From positions 20,212,001 through 20,276,000 of the forward strand of contig NC_092351.1 in assembly GCF_963676685.1 (NCBI RefSeq): DNA of 64,000 bases, given 5' to 3'. Made by a program: the position numbers and the translations under genes. The notes under the pieces are model-generated. The model searched no databases and had not been told where the DNA came from. It saw only the letters and a list, made by a program, of their open reading frames with translations. Below, piece by piece: positions 24,711-39,700 of the stretch. The stretch comes from Mytilus edulis (taxonomy: Eukaryota). Positions within the stretch are counted from its first letter, which is position 1; each line of letters begins with the position of its first letter.

Positions 24711-27700
24711 CTGAAAAATAATCAGAAGAAAAGATGTTGAAACAGTTTTGGCATGTCATAAATAAAATTGTGAATATTTCTTTTCTTACAAGCAGGTTTC
24801 ATATTATATCATATTTCATAACATTTCACAAAGCAGAAATATGTTGGGTGCTTTAAAGTCTTGTAGAATATACTGATACTTTAATTCAAAATTGAAACAG
24901 AACTGTTTTTTTGATTTTTTATAAATGAAGTATCTGTGAAAGCTGAATAGTTTATACATTAACACTGAATGATTCAAGAAATTTTATTTAGTATGTATTG
25001 TGGCACATAAATATTTTAATTAGCATTTTCTTAGGCAGGAAATCATACAGCTACTGATTTGACTCAAAATTTCTACACTTATTCAAAATAGCCTCTAGGC
25101 AGGACTTTTATACATAGCTACTGATAGGAATCTTGCCTTTTTTAAATTAAGGTTTGACTACAGGCGATGCAATTAGTTTTAGGCAACAGCTAATAAAAAT
25201 TTAATAAACAATATCAATTGTAATAGGATTGTTTTAAGCATACTATAATGTTAGACAACAAACTTATAATATACAACTGGATTAATTAGGTCTAAATATT
25301 GCTGTCTAGCAAACAGTGGCTTATACAATGTAATAGATTTCAATGAGTTTCACCCAAAACAATATCCAAATAAATGAAAAGAAAGGAAACTCAACACTTT
25401 CAGTTAACCAGATTCATTTTTTGAGGAAACAAGCATATATATATAGATTTTGTATATAAAGTCAAGTCCAGATTGGTTTTTAGAATACACTCAAGTCAAA
25501 TATGGCCAAGTATTTTACTGAGTTTTCTTAGACATATATGATTTTTGTTTGTTGTTCTTGTTGGTACTAACAGATTTGAATATTTGAGCTATCAAAGTTA
25601 ATACCTATACAATTTCTTAACTTAAATATAATGGGGGTTTAAGATTTGAAGTGAGAAATGCAGTTTTTAAGGGATATTATTATTTCTAATGACTGCAGCT
25701 ATCTCATACTATTGTATATAAGTGACAATTGGATTTTATAATAAAGAAAATTGAATAAAGAAATTAATATTTTCTGCTTGAGGAGTTAATTTTACAAACA
25801 TTCCAAAATAATAGTCTAACCTACTTTCAATAAACAACATCATACAGGTAACTATAGTAACTATAGTCCTTTCATTGCATCACATGTTTCTATATAATTT
25901 GTTATAAATGTTACATAAACATTAGTATTTAAAAAAAAAAAATTAAATGTGAAAGAGATATCAAGAGGTTGTAAAATATTACTACTTTTGCTCTAGAAAT
26001 ATGACAGTATTTTCTCCATACATTATAAAAATTCAAAATTTCTTATCATGCTATCACTATTTTTTCATTTAAAAAACCTGATATAGACATTTTTTCAAGA
26101 TAAAACTAGCAGTTTGTTCTAGCAGAAATGATAACACATACCTCTTCAATGAAAACATAAAAAAAAACATTTACCAAAATATTCAGGATTACCATAGGTA
26201 AATGGTTCTAGCAGAAAATCACCAAGAGATATATAGAAAATCCCATTTTATAGAAAAATGTAATATTTCCAGATATGTGTGAAAATATAATATCATGCAA
26301 TATACACAGAAAACATAATAAAGGCAGAACTTAAATAAATACTGCAAGATAGTTACAAGAATTGTAATAAATAATAAAACATGCAAAATGGAAATTCTGC
26401 TTAGAAATACAATATAGCTTTTGTTAGACATCAGCCAAATCTATTGCTTAAGTTATAACCTTAAAATGATCTATTCAATGTCAAGATATTTATTATTTAA
26501 GTATGGCTGTAATTTTGATGCATTTTCTTATTTATTCTTTTTAGGGTTTTCCAAAAGCAACAGATATTGACTTATGTCATGGATGAAGCCAAGCGTAAAG
26601 AGCATGCCTAGCTCTGATTGGCTACCTTTTCGCTTCTTTCGTCTACCTGATTTTGATGCAGCTGCATGGAAAAAGAAGTGTTGTGTTATCACATTGGCAA
26701 TATATCAGGCAGAATGACTTTTTAATATCAAATCAGAAAATATTTGAAAATTTTTGAAAAAAATGTAAGAGGACAAATGCCAAAGATTGGGTTTTTCCAA
26801 CACACAATGTCTTAACTTGGTAAATATATACCATTATTTTCTACTGTAATGTTTTCCGAAAAAGAACCACCAATTTATTCCTTTCTAATTTATTAACCAA
26901 AAAATCATTCTACACATGACAAGATTCAGTATTTGTCTCTATAAGAACCATATCCAGGTGGAGTACTAGCAAACACGGTTTTAGGTTGTCTCACAGAATA
27001 TATCAATCATCATAAAGTGAAGTTAATCAAAGTATGATGAGTGCAATGATGAACTGATCAAATTTTAAACTTGTGATAAAATTTACTATCTGCTCTCGGA
27101 AAATTTAGGTTTTGTCCTAGTTTTTTTTTCAGTATATGTATCATACAAACGTCTTTATGAACAGACAAAATATTTTTCTGTTAAGCACAACTATTCATCT
27201 ACTTGAATAATATCTAAACTAGGGGGAAAATTTTGTGATTTAATATAACAATCTGTTTGTTTTTGCTGTCAGTTTGCCCTATAAATATATGTGTATACAT
27301 TTGAGGGAGAAATCATAATTAGGGAGAATTTTGAACACATTTTCCTGCAGTCCACCAAAAGTTCTGAAACCAACAAAGCTGCGAATGAATTCATGCAAAA
27401 GCTGAAACCTCCCTCAAAACAGTTAAATAAATAAATAAAACAAAAGGAATTCAAAATTTTGGAAATTTAGTTGTACACAATTTTGTTTCTTACCAAATGT
27501 TCAAACCAGAAGTGGTGTATCTATTGTATACATGAGAAATAAAAAAATATCTTTAAATGACAAGCTCGTAATATTTAAGATGGTACCCAACACTTTCACT
27601 AAAATTAATTTGGATCGTTTATTTTTCATAAAATTTTGTCAAAGTATTTACTTTGACCCTTTAACAAAAATATAAAAATTTCAAAGATTTTGAACCAACC

Positions 27701-30700
27701 GTTTTGTCAGAAAAATTACACTGGTTATATAGCAGTTTGACAAACACCTATTTTGATCATTAATATTCCTTTCACAACACAATGTAATTAAAACGTTTAG
27801 CTGACTTTACAGAGTTATCTCCCTGTAGTGTTAGGTACCACCTTCAGGCAATAAATAACATCCAGCAATGCATTTCAATTATATATCAATTTAGACAGCA
27901 ACACAAACTTACATTTTACACAGAGTAATACAATATATGAAACATGATATGTGTGCAGTGATTACAATGATACGATGAGCTAGCCCTGATGATTCAAAAG
28001 TTCCTTTAAAGCTAAATTCATTAAGCTAAAGCGTGTATAGACCTATTGATAAACAGTGTGCTCTATTATAGTTCAGATTTATCTACTAGTGATGAAAACA
28101 TATTTGTTTTAGTGAATTTTTATCAAAGAAAAGTAAAAAAAAAAAGTCTTGATTGCAAATCTGTATACCAGTTGTGTAGTGATTTTGATTCAATATTTTC
28201 TAAATTTTATCAACATTCATTTACTAGTGAATTTTGAACTGCATTGTCAAACTTTGAATTAAAGCTATTTTAAAAATCACTGAAATTGGTATAATATTTG
28301 AATTGCAATATGAAAGTGAAAACTTATTATTAAAGAAATTACAAGATCTAATTCCCAAATGAAAAACTTTTGATACCATAGCTCTATAAAAATTGTGACA
28401 AAATATATATGTATAAAATATTATCAATAATTATTTCGATGAAACCATTGTAAGCCTAGCATACAATGAACAAGCTGTTGCATCAAGTCAAACCATCCCA
28501 TGTGATCATAATCATGATTAATACACATGATAACAATGATAATTATGATTATAGATAATCTCACCTGGTTCATCCTCTGATTCTGATACAGGTAAACTGC
28601 TAAATGAGACATTATCTGGTGGTCCTACTTGTGGACCAGGGATGTTCTTAATGTACAGTTTCTCTGGATGATTTTTATCTGGTAATTAGAAATAGGTCAT
28701 TTAAAAATAAGGATAGATAATGTGTTACACAAAGATAATGTTTTGTGTACATTTGCTTGTCTTTCATTTTTAGCCATGATGTTTTCTGTTTGTCATTTAT
28801 TTATGTCAGTTTGATTAAGTCTTTGGTATCATCTTACTCTCTATTATTCATTGATAGTATCCACTTTTAGAATACTATTTATCAATTAAAACTTGTGTTT
28901 GATTTGAGCAATGTTCATCTTTGATAGATTTTCTTTAATTTATGCACAACATTCATAGATTCTAGATTATTATTAAAAGCTTGACACATTGTAACACCAT
29001 ATATCTATCATTGAACTCTAGGTAAATGTTATTATTTATTTCTAAGGCAACAAAGAAAAAACAATCTAAAATGGTAACTATATTCTTCATCAATGAGAAA
29101 AAAAATCATATTAAAAAGTCCTTATTCAACCAAATACCATAACTCAGAAAGGAAAATTTACAACAAGGAATGTTTTTATAATGCTAAATAAGCTAGGTAT
29201 ACCTGTATGTTCCAGCATGTTATCCATCTCCCATGGTGTCTTCTGTATAGAGTCTGTATCAGATGCAGGATTGGATGAAGGCAATGGTGCTAGAGATGGC
29301 GCCTGACTAGCAACCATTCGAGGTAGTGGTGCAAATGTTTGTAAATATTCTGCATAATATGGAATGTTTTGAATGTTTTCTAACTCGTCAGCAGCACTTC
29401 CGTAATTTCTAACATTGTCAAAGTTATTTAAAGTGTTCAGAGAATCGTGGTTGCTGGGAGTGTATGACGCTGGTCTGTCAGGCACTGGAGGTGGGCGTGG
29501 ACTTGGGGGTGGATGAGTGATATCCACGTTACTTTTCTTTATGCCATTTTTACAATTATCTTCCTTTAATGAACGTAACATTACATCTGTTTCGTCAGTT
29601 GGAATTCCTAATGTGATGTTACCATAGCGACTGTTTTGACGACGTCTAATACATTGTATGGCAACAAATAGGAAAGCAAGAACAATTATTCCTCCAGCAA
29701 CTCCTGAAAAATAATGAAAAGATTTTTAAAAGACTTTAACAAAATTATATTATAATCTTATATATAATTTTTTTCTCATAAAGAAATGTTATTTCTAATC
29801 CTACCTATACATAACTCATCATCCATGTTTCTTGCAGTAGCTACAACTAAAAGAGAAATGCAGATTTTTTTTTTTGAAATTGCATTAATTATATAAATGT
29901 TCCACCAATCACAAGACAATAAGGTTTTAACATGTTTAAAATAAACAGGCCATATGTTATACTTTCAAATAATTGGTACTTGTTTTGACAACACTTAATT
30001 AACCCTGTAATTAGGACTTTTTTTCAACATATCCATTTCAAATAAAAAATAAATTATTTAGAATTTGAAAAAATATTTTATATTCAATTTTTAGAAATAT
30101 AATGGATTGTATGTATTTTTTTTAAAATGCATTTACAGCAAATTATGATGTAAAAATAATCAGATTAGTGGTGAAACTCTTCAATCTTACATTTTAAAAG
30201 GATCTATTTAAAATTTAATACTTCCTAAATTTTATAAGTTTACAAAATTCCATAAAAAGAATACATGTACATACATCTACAATAATACTTTGATTATTAA
30301 AAAAAGATTAACAAGAATGTGTCCATAGTACACGGATGCCCCACTCCCACTATCATTTTCTATGTTCAGTGGACCGTGAAATTGGGGTCAAAACTTTAAT
30401 TTGGAATTAAAATTAGAAAGATCATATCATAGGGAACATGTGTACTAAGTTTCAAGTTGATGTAACTTTAACTTCATCAAAAACTACCTTGACCAAAAAC
30501 TTTAACCTAAACTTTGCACTATCATTTTCTATGTTCAGTGGACCATGAAATTGGCATTAAAACTATAATTTGGCATTAAAATTAGAAAGATCATATCATG
30601 GGGAACATGTGTATTAAGTTTCAAGTTGATTGGACTTCAGCTTCATCAAAAATTACCTCGACCAAAAACTTTAACCGAACAGACGAACGAAGGCACAGAC

Positions 30701-33700
30701 GGGCGGACAGACGAATGGATGCACAGACCAGAAAACATAATGCCCCTGTACTATTGTAGGTGGGGCATAAAAACTAAGATGTATTCATATGTACGTCAAG
30801 TATTTTTTTTTTATCATTATCTTATAACATCCTGTTTAGAAACAAATGTTTGAAATAAAGATTATCTTATTTTTCAAAAACTGAACTAACCAATGATAAT
30901 AAAGAGTTCCTCCTGTGTAATACCAGCTGAGTTAGAGATCATGTGCGGAGTGATTAGTTCCTCACAGTTCCGCCCAGCTGATTTCTCCGTACAGTTACAG
31001 ATGTAAGTATTGTCTGCATTGTGACAAGTGGCTCCATTCATACATGGATTAGATCTACATGCACTCACTATCTTCTGACAATTTTCACCTGTAAAAAGTG
31101 CAACAAAAATATTAGATCTACATGCATTTATTATCACCTTACAAATCCTACCGTTAAAAGAAAAGTATTAGATATGTAAATAATAACATAATATGTTCAA
31201 TATAATATGATTACATTGAGACCAAGTCAATTTTCTAAAATTTGTTTAAACATTCATATATAAAATCTTTTTTCTTAATTTTCATGTAAACTTATCGGAA
31301 ATAATACCACCACGGAAAAACTCATATAAATTGTTACATCTTTTCATCTTTCGCTTCTTATTTAATTGCATTTTTCTCTCTTTGTTTCTTTTTGTGTATA
31401 TGCAAATATATGTCTCAAATTTTAGTCAACTTTTCTTGACCGAAGTAACAATCATAACAAGAAGTAATTGTAACAGGATGCTGTTACGAAGTCTCCCAAA
31501 CAAAGCTCCCATACCTCGCCATTTATATGGTCCCATGTTCATTTGATTTGATTTTTTGTCCAATACAAGAATAAATATGGCTTACGTGTGGGGATCTCCA
31601 CCATTTACAAGTATTCAAACAGGAGGGGGTGGTGGTAACCCCCAGAGACTTAACCTACATTTCATTTGATTTGTTTTATTGTCCCATACAAGAATATATG
31701 TGGTTTAGGGGTGGGGATGTTGACCGTTTACAAGTTTTCAAACAAGAGGGGTTGGGGTGACCCCCTCGAGACTTCCCTTTTATTTCATTTCATTTGTTTT
31801 ATTGTCCCCTACAAGAATAGATATGGTTTAGAGGTGGGGATCTGGACCATTTACAAGATAATAGTACATTCTCAAATTGAACGGGGTGGGGATGACCCCC
31901 AGGAACTTCCATTTAAATTCATTTGATTAGTTTTATTGTCCCATACAAGAATATATATGGTTTAGGGGTGGGGATGTTGACCGTTTACAAAGTTTTCAAA
32001 CAAGAGGGGGTGGGGTGACTCCCTCGGGACTTCCCTTTTATTTCATTTCATTTGTTTTATTGTCCCCTACAAGAATATATATGGTTTAGGGGTGGGGATG
32101 TTGACCGTTTACAAGTTTTCAAACAAGAGGGGGTGGGGTGAGCCCCTAGGGACATCACTTTTATTTCATTTCATTTGTTTTATTGTCCCCTACAAGAATA
32201 TATATGGTTTAGGGGTGGGAACTGGACTGTTTACAAGATAATAGCACATTCTCAAATTGAACGGGGTGGGGATGACCCCCGGGGACTTCCCTTTAATTTC
32301 ATTTGATTTGTTTTATCGTCCAATTCAAGAATATATATGGTTTAGGGGTGGGGATCTGGACCGTTTACAAGATAAAAGCATATTCTCAAATTGAAGGTGG
32401 TTGGGATGACCCCCAGGGACTCCCCCTATATTTCATGTGATTTGTTTTATTGTCCTATAATCATTTCTGAAGACTGCATGTATCTATCACTTACAGTTTT
32501 TAAGTTATATTCATTTGAAAATTTTAGAAAATAAAATCCCATAGGGTTCTATAGTTAACCCCTCCCTCCTTTCTACCCCCCAAAATACCCCTTAATAGAC
32601 CCCAATGCACAAACGAAACATTGATGGCTCACCTAGACATGTTAGTCTAACATATTGTAAAATTCTTAGTAAATCTGACAAGCCGTTTAGGAGAACCGCT
32701 GCGGACAAGTTCATTTTTAAAGTGGCGGAAGAAGAAGAGGAAGAGGAAGAATAATAAAAATAATAAGAACTGACCAAAAACAATAAGTCTCCAAACTTTG
32801 TTTGGGAGACTTAATTAGTCTTTACAAAAATAAAACAACACAAAAAAATAGCTGTATCATAAATCCAGTTTTCTCCTTGTTGTATAATATATAGAAACAA
32901 CTTCATTCCTCCATCAAACTTTGCCATTCTATTACATTTGATTTCAGTTTATTCTCACCTTCAAATCCACCTAAACAGTTACAGACCATAGCCTTTGGTC
33001 CTTCAACACAGCTGCCATTGTTTTGGCAGGTATCTTCAGAACAGTATTTGCCATATTCACAGAATTTACCACGGAAAGGTGAAGGACATCTACATTCAAA
33101 ATCATTGGGGATGTCTTTCTTGTTTATACACTGGCCTAAAATACATACAATATGAAAATATATATAGAATTTGTGTTAACATATTTTTTAATCAAATTTA
33201 TAGTCTACTCTAGGAATGAATTGAAAAGATGAATACACAGTGTGAACATGTTTCAGATCCATAAATTTATATGATAAAATTGAGAAAGGAAATGGGGGAT
33301 ATGTCAAAGACAACAATCCGACCAAAGAGAAGACAACAGACAGCAGAGCTGAAGGCCACTAATGGGTCTTCAATGCAGGAAGAAATCCCACACCCTGAGG
33401 TGGTCCTTAGACCTCAGCTGGCCCCTAAATAAAATTTCAAGAATACAAATTGAAATTATTTTTTTCCTTATTCTATGTCTGAGGTTGGGGCGGCACTTAC
33501 CTTTATTCTGACAAGGGCTATTTGCACATGGATCTTTATCTATTTCACACCTAGAACCATAGAATCTATCAGAACAGGTACAAATATAACTGCTGCCTGA
33601 CACTTCACAGTTACCATTGTTATCACAGGGAAAGGTGCTGCAGATGTCTGGAATAAAAATATCATCAGAATAAGAAATGACCGCTAGTTAATGTAATTAA

Positions 33701-36700
33701 TATTGAAGTCATATAAATCTTTTGGAACAATTCTCATATTTGTTCATACGACCTCATATAGAAATAATAAATAAACTGCTATTATTTTTACCACTCTTGG
33801 GAGAAATTAAAGATTTAATCACGTCAGTCATAAAATAAAACTCCCAAAGCGTAATTCATCTGACTGACTGACAGTATCTAAAATAAATATATTTCAATAA
33901 TAAATATTGTTTTTAGACTACAAAGATTTATACTTAAATGCTTACAACACCAAAAAATCAAGAAAAAAAATAACTTGATATATTCTAAAATATACATACT
34001 TGTTCCTGTAGGGCTCTGGTAAGTGTCTTTACAGTGGAACTGCAGATACTTGAACTCTTGATCTAAGGCAACAGCATTGCTTCCATCAAATGGAAGTCGT
34101 ACATTGTACAGACGTATGTTCTCCATACATCCTTCAAACCCTCGTCTGATATCAGAGTAACCATTGTAAATCTCAACCTCAGCACCAAAGAACACATTAT
34201 TAGATTTAAGGTCAAGGATATCGTTAGTTCCTGGCGACATGGTCATACTAGAGTAGGTGTGGTCTAAAATGAGCTCAGCCGTTTTACCAAATCTCTCCAC
34301 CATGACAGTGTGCCATTCTCCATCGCTGATCAACAATGGGATGATTACAATCCCTTCACCACTCCCACAATTAAACCTATACTGTAACATTCCATTGTAT
34401 ATCTAAAAGGAAAATACAAGGTAAAGGATATTTATTACAAGGCAAATTTTGGATTACTTGAGTCAGTACATATTACAGAGTTGTTAAAATATGCAAACAC
34501 AAATATTTAACAAATCATCACTTCTGCCTCAATTTTTGTGAACACTAAGATGGTATTGTTTCAAAATTAAATTGAAAAAGCTCAGATGTCTTCAGAATGT
34601 TTGGTTGTGAAAAAATTATACGTTCTATTATATTCCCCCTCCATTTTTTTTCAGGGAGCTGTCATTTACATCTCATCCAAATCTTTTCAATGATTTGGTA
34701 ATGTTCAAATTAGTAAATTAGGGTAAAAATTAAATATAAACGCATTCCTATTTGTTCATACATTGTTTCGACCAATATAATTAGATTAACTAGATTTCTA
34801 ATTGAACAATATTAATTACATTCCTATATTTGTAGAGTCTCATTTTAATCACTCTAACAAATTAAACATGTAATTTTCTTTACCTCTAGGATGCTATAGT
34901 CGACTTTGCCTTTAGCATACATGATAGTAGCCAACTGTTTCCTAGTCTTTATTCTAAGGGACAATGTCAGTCTCTGCTCTATTGTAAAGGCATCCTGTAA
35001 TGTCCATTTGGCATAACTCTTACCGGAAAATGTCATTGGCTTATCTCCTGAAATGACACAAACATTAACTTAGTTACAGTGGCATCATAATAATTGTCTT
35101 GAACAAAACATGTATTATAAATGTAGTCCAAATTTATCTTAGTTTCATCATTTTGTCCTTTATTTTTTATGTTTCTTTTTTTACATTGGCCATACTTTAT
35201 TCCTAAAATTTGATAAATACTAGCCTGTAACTTTTATTAATTTAATCAGAATGAAAGTTGAACTTGAACAACTTAGTTAACTTTTAATGCCCCTTTCAGT
35301 TACAACACTATAAGTATGTTAAATAGTTTTGGCTGTCTCTAGATTCTTAGCACAAAACATGTTTTCTCTCTTCTCCGAAGTGGGAGCAGACAAAAATGTA
35401 CAACAATCTTTGTGAGATTCCTACCTATTCTACAGCTGGAGTCTGCACAGAAGTTCTCCTCCTCATCACAGTGTTGTCCTGACATCCCCGGGGGACACAC
35501 ACACAGATATCCTCTCTGGTCAGAATTCATCTTACACATCTTAGAATCTGGACAGGCATCAGAAGGACAGACAGCAGGTATCTTATCACAACTGTCATCT
35601 GAAACATAAAGTCACCTTACTTAGTCATACTGGAAAGTTGGAAACTTTTACAAAGAGTTTGTTTTTATGCCAACTTGGTGTTGACAGAAAAAAAATCACA
35701 GAGAATGTTCCCTTGCCTACAGTTTGCCTTTAAAAAAGATCAGAATCACATACAAGAAATATGCTTAATTGAAATCACATGACCAGGTTTGGCTCTAGAA
35801 ATTGCAAAATTTTATTGCCTTGAAAAATAAACCCCTTGAATGTATCTATTCAAATATCATATAAAACATTTGGATGAAATCCGACATGAAGAGGAACATA
35901 TATTTATTTAAAATAAGTTTACTTTTAAACAGATATACAATGAAAGCTATAAAGTCATATGGATCTCCCCGCTTTTATGTTTTGAATTTTAGCAAGAGTG
36001 ATGCTTGCTTGTCATGAAATTATAAAATCATTGAACTGTAAACCTTAATCCCAGTATAAAGAGTTTTTGAATTTGATTTATAAATAATAAAATTTAAGAT
36101 GTTATATCCCTACCTGTTGACCCATCAGGACACACACATTTGTATAAGTATCGATGACGAGCTGTGACAGTACTCTTACTTCCCATACGTACTGGCGTCA
36201 GATTGTCAGAGTCGAACTCAATGTAACCTTCACATGTGCCTTCCTTACACGAACTGTGTGTACATATGTCACCAAACACTTTGATGACTTTTACTTGGAG
36301 GGCTTGTTCAATGGCTGGAACAGCTGCTCCCACTTTTTTGCTAAGAGGTTTTCCACGAATGAATGTATTCTGGTTTCTTTTGATGGCAAAGAGAACATCA
36401 AGGTCAGGGCTAACGTCTCGTTTCCTTCTTTTACCAAATGAAGATGATGCAAATTTAGATGTTTGTACGTTGATGATTTCAACATCCCTTGACCTAACAT
36501 TCAGTTCTCTTTTCAAAACACGTTTAAAATCTTTAAGATGTTTATTAAAGAAGTCTTCCACACTAAGGCTATGAAACTGTATTGTTACAGAATTTTTGAT
36601 CATGTCATCTGAAATTCCAACCACTTCAACACTGACGATTCCATAACTTTGAAATCTTCCATCTGTCACGCTTATATTAACGTTATACCTTCCTGGATCA

Positions 36701-39700
36701 ATGTTTTTAAATGCCATTATCCTACCATCGTATTTATCTATATCAAAAAGATTCTTATTTGTTGAAATAATTTCAAAAGTTAGCTCATCAAATATGTCCT
36801 CATCCACAGCATTTAATGTTCCAATTATACCACCAGGGAAAGAATCTTTGAATGACATCACAGAAATGTCAATATCGGAAACTTTTGGTGGATTATTGCC
36901 TTCTTCAATAATCTCGATCACAACTGGAACTTCTGAATGAAGTAGAGGACTTCCGAAATCATAAGCTCTGACCACCAGATTATACATGTCCTGGACATGA
37001 CGGTTGAACTTCCTGGCAGTGGTCAATACACCATTAGAGTTAACCATGAATTCACCTCCTTTGTTACCGCTGACAATGTCGTAGGAGAAAGGTTCACCAT
37101 TGGGTGGTAGATCATCATCTGTTACAGAGAATGACAGAATTTCATATCCAACATGTCTGTCCTCCTGTTCAAATACAAGATACCTTATTAGTTAAACAAT
37201 CAGGAGTAGCTTATAAGGATGCATATACATGTATAATAATTGTATTTTTTGCTGGCATTTTTCTGTTTTTTAGTGTAAAATCCTGTGCCCTGTTGATTTC
37301 TTTTAAATATACAAATTCCCAACTTGATTTTTGTTCTTTAACATAATTTTGAGAAAAATAAGATTAAAGGTTCTATGTGTCTTTTGTTTCAGTGCTTTTT
37401 TTGTTTACTTCTATGTATGAATTGCATTTTGTCATCTCATAGACATTGCCCCATTATCATTTTCATTACCATATGCCAAAAATTTAAATTTATGTATGTT
37501 TGTTTACCAATATTGGGATTACAACTAACAAACAATCATTTTATTTCTTCATGCACAGAACAATGCATATATAAATCTGAAACATGACTTTATACTGATT
37601 GTTTTGGTAAAAGGATCTATATTCATGCAAACTCTGTGGTGATGGAAAACTAGGCTCACATAAAACTCGTCAGACTCATGCTCATTTTGGGCAAACAATA
37701 TTAAAATTAAGTCAAATATTTAGTGCTGTGTTCATCCTGTGACAACACTTTCTGGTACTATACAATATACATTTAAAAATTTAACAGTAAACATAGAAAG
37801 CAATACAAAACAGATATAAAGTAAACCTTGTTATATAATTTCCTTTGAACTTAAGTTAACTTCAATATTTTTTACTTCAAAAAAAAAAAAAAAAAAAGGG
37901 GGAACACATAATGTCTTTTATTTAATTGTCGATTTTTCATTCAAAATTTCAATAATATTTTTCTAGTAATTTTCAACTGTCATTATTTTTTTTCTTGATT
38001 AAATATGGGACATTTTAATGCAAAAAAATTCTAACTCAGGATAATGAACAATTCAAGGTTTACTACAACAAGTATGCACATCATTTAACAATACAAAAAA
38101 ATATGGGCAACATAAGTTAACAAGATCTTTTTTATTCAAAACAAACTGTGATGATTTGTCTTAAATTGTATAATAAAGCAAATATGAAATGTTTTGGTCA
38201 TGCCGTGGCATGCACATTCTGTGCGTGGCATTCTACTTACATTCCCCTCACGTGGCCTCTGTGAATGCAGTGAATGGCATAATATTATGCAAATAAGCAA
38301 TAATGAATGGTGAAACTACATGATAATGTGAAGTCTTAATTAAGTATATGATAACAATTGACAAAGACTTTACCCCATAAACACATGCATATAGACATTT
38401 TTGATAGATATGTAATATAGTTTAGAGAAAATTTCACTGGTAAAACTTCAAGGTAGGTTCTTTCATACATAAATGAATTTGGAATAAATTTTACCAATAA
38501 AGAATATTTAATATAAATTTTATAACTACGAAAACTCTTCGATTTTATTTTTATTCCACCAAATTAAACACACAAAAAGATTGAATTTATTACACTAATT
38601 CAATAACCTCCTGATCTTTTAGCATAAATATACCGAATAAAATTAACAGTATTTCATGAGAGTAAGGCAACAATAAAAAAAATATTTTTCTTTCAAGAAT
38701 TTTCATCAACAGAGCTACTAATCTTAAATAACCTCCTTAATATGCCTGTTAAAATCCTGACCACTATTTCATAGTCATAACTAAATATCACAGGCATTCC
38801 TATAAATTTCACAGCAAAAGAGAAAAATTCCAATCCTATAGAGCGAAGGTTTATGTTTTATGAAGGCAATTGATCATGTGTTGCAAATCTTGAGTAAATG
38901 TTGCTGATTCCCTAACGACAGTATAAAATCTGATTGAAGTACTATGACCCATGAAGGATTTTCTTTTTATTAGGTTGCTAGAAAGTGGATATCTATTTGT
39001 CGATCTAGTTCACTTGCTTGACAAGACCTACCTGTATTACAGCTGAGTAGTTGGATTCAGAGAATTTGGGTGGACAGTCATTAACATCTAATACATCAAC
39101 AATGACCACTGTTTCACTGCTCAATAGTCCATCCGATGCCTTTATGGTCAGCTCAAAATTGTTTACCTGAAAAACATTATCAATTTTAATCCTTAATCTG
39201 AACACTCCAGTGATTGGGAACATCATATTTTTAAACTTTAACCTGAAGTCTACACTGAAAAAGACCTGTTTCATTCATTTAATATATCAAAGATTATTGA
39301 TTTTCTTTCTTTTACTGTTTACAATTTTGGAAAATGTAGAAAATAGTTTAAAACTTTAAAACTTAAAACCTTCTTTCAATATCAAAAAGTGTTCTTTAAA
39401 AATTCTCAAATGATTTTATTACTTCTGACATGATATCAAACAGTTGCCATACCATTTCTCTGTCTAGTGCATTCTTTATCAGAAGTTGTCCATCTTTTGG
39501 ATTGACATCAAACTTATCCATGGTATTCCCCTTGATGATAGAATACAGAATGATAGAATTGGTGTCTGCATCAGAGGCTGTCAACTGTAAATAAATATTG
39601 GGAAAATCATATGAATGATATTGACATATCTGTCTTTCAATAAACACCAATCAATCAATGTTTCAAAAATGTGTAAATTGGTTCCTAAAATGATAATGTA

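Noticed and set aside
27980-28011. Possible stop-containing alternative exon (ALKELLNHQG-stop) giving a truncated Fat tail
   Set aside because: Weak polypyrimidine tract and no clear donor; cannot be supported without RNA data.
38215-38280. Cluster of CATTC/GAATG as a TEAD enhancer
   Set aside because: The same bases are better explained as microexon splice signals; only one full CATTCC.
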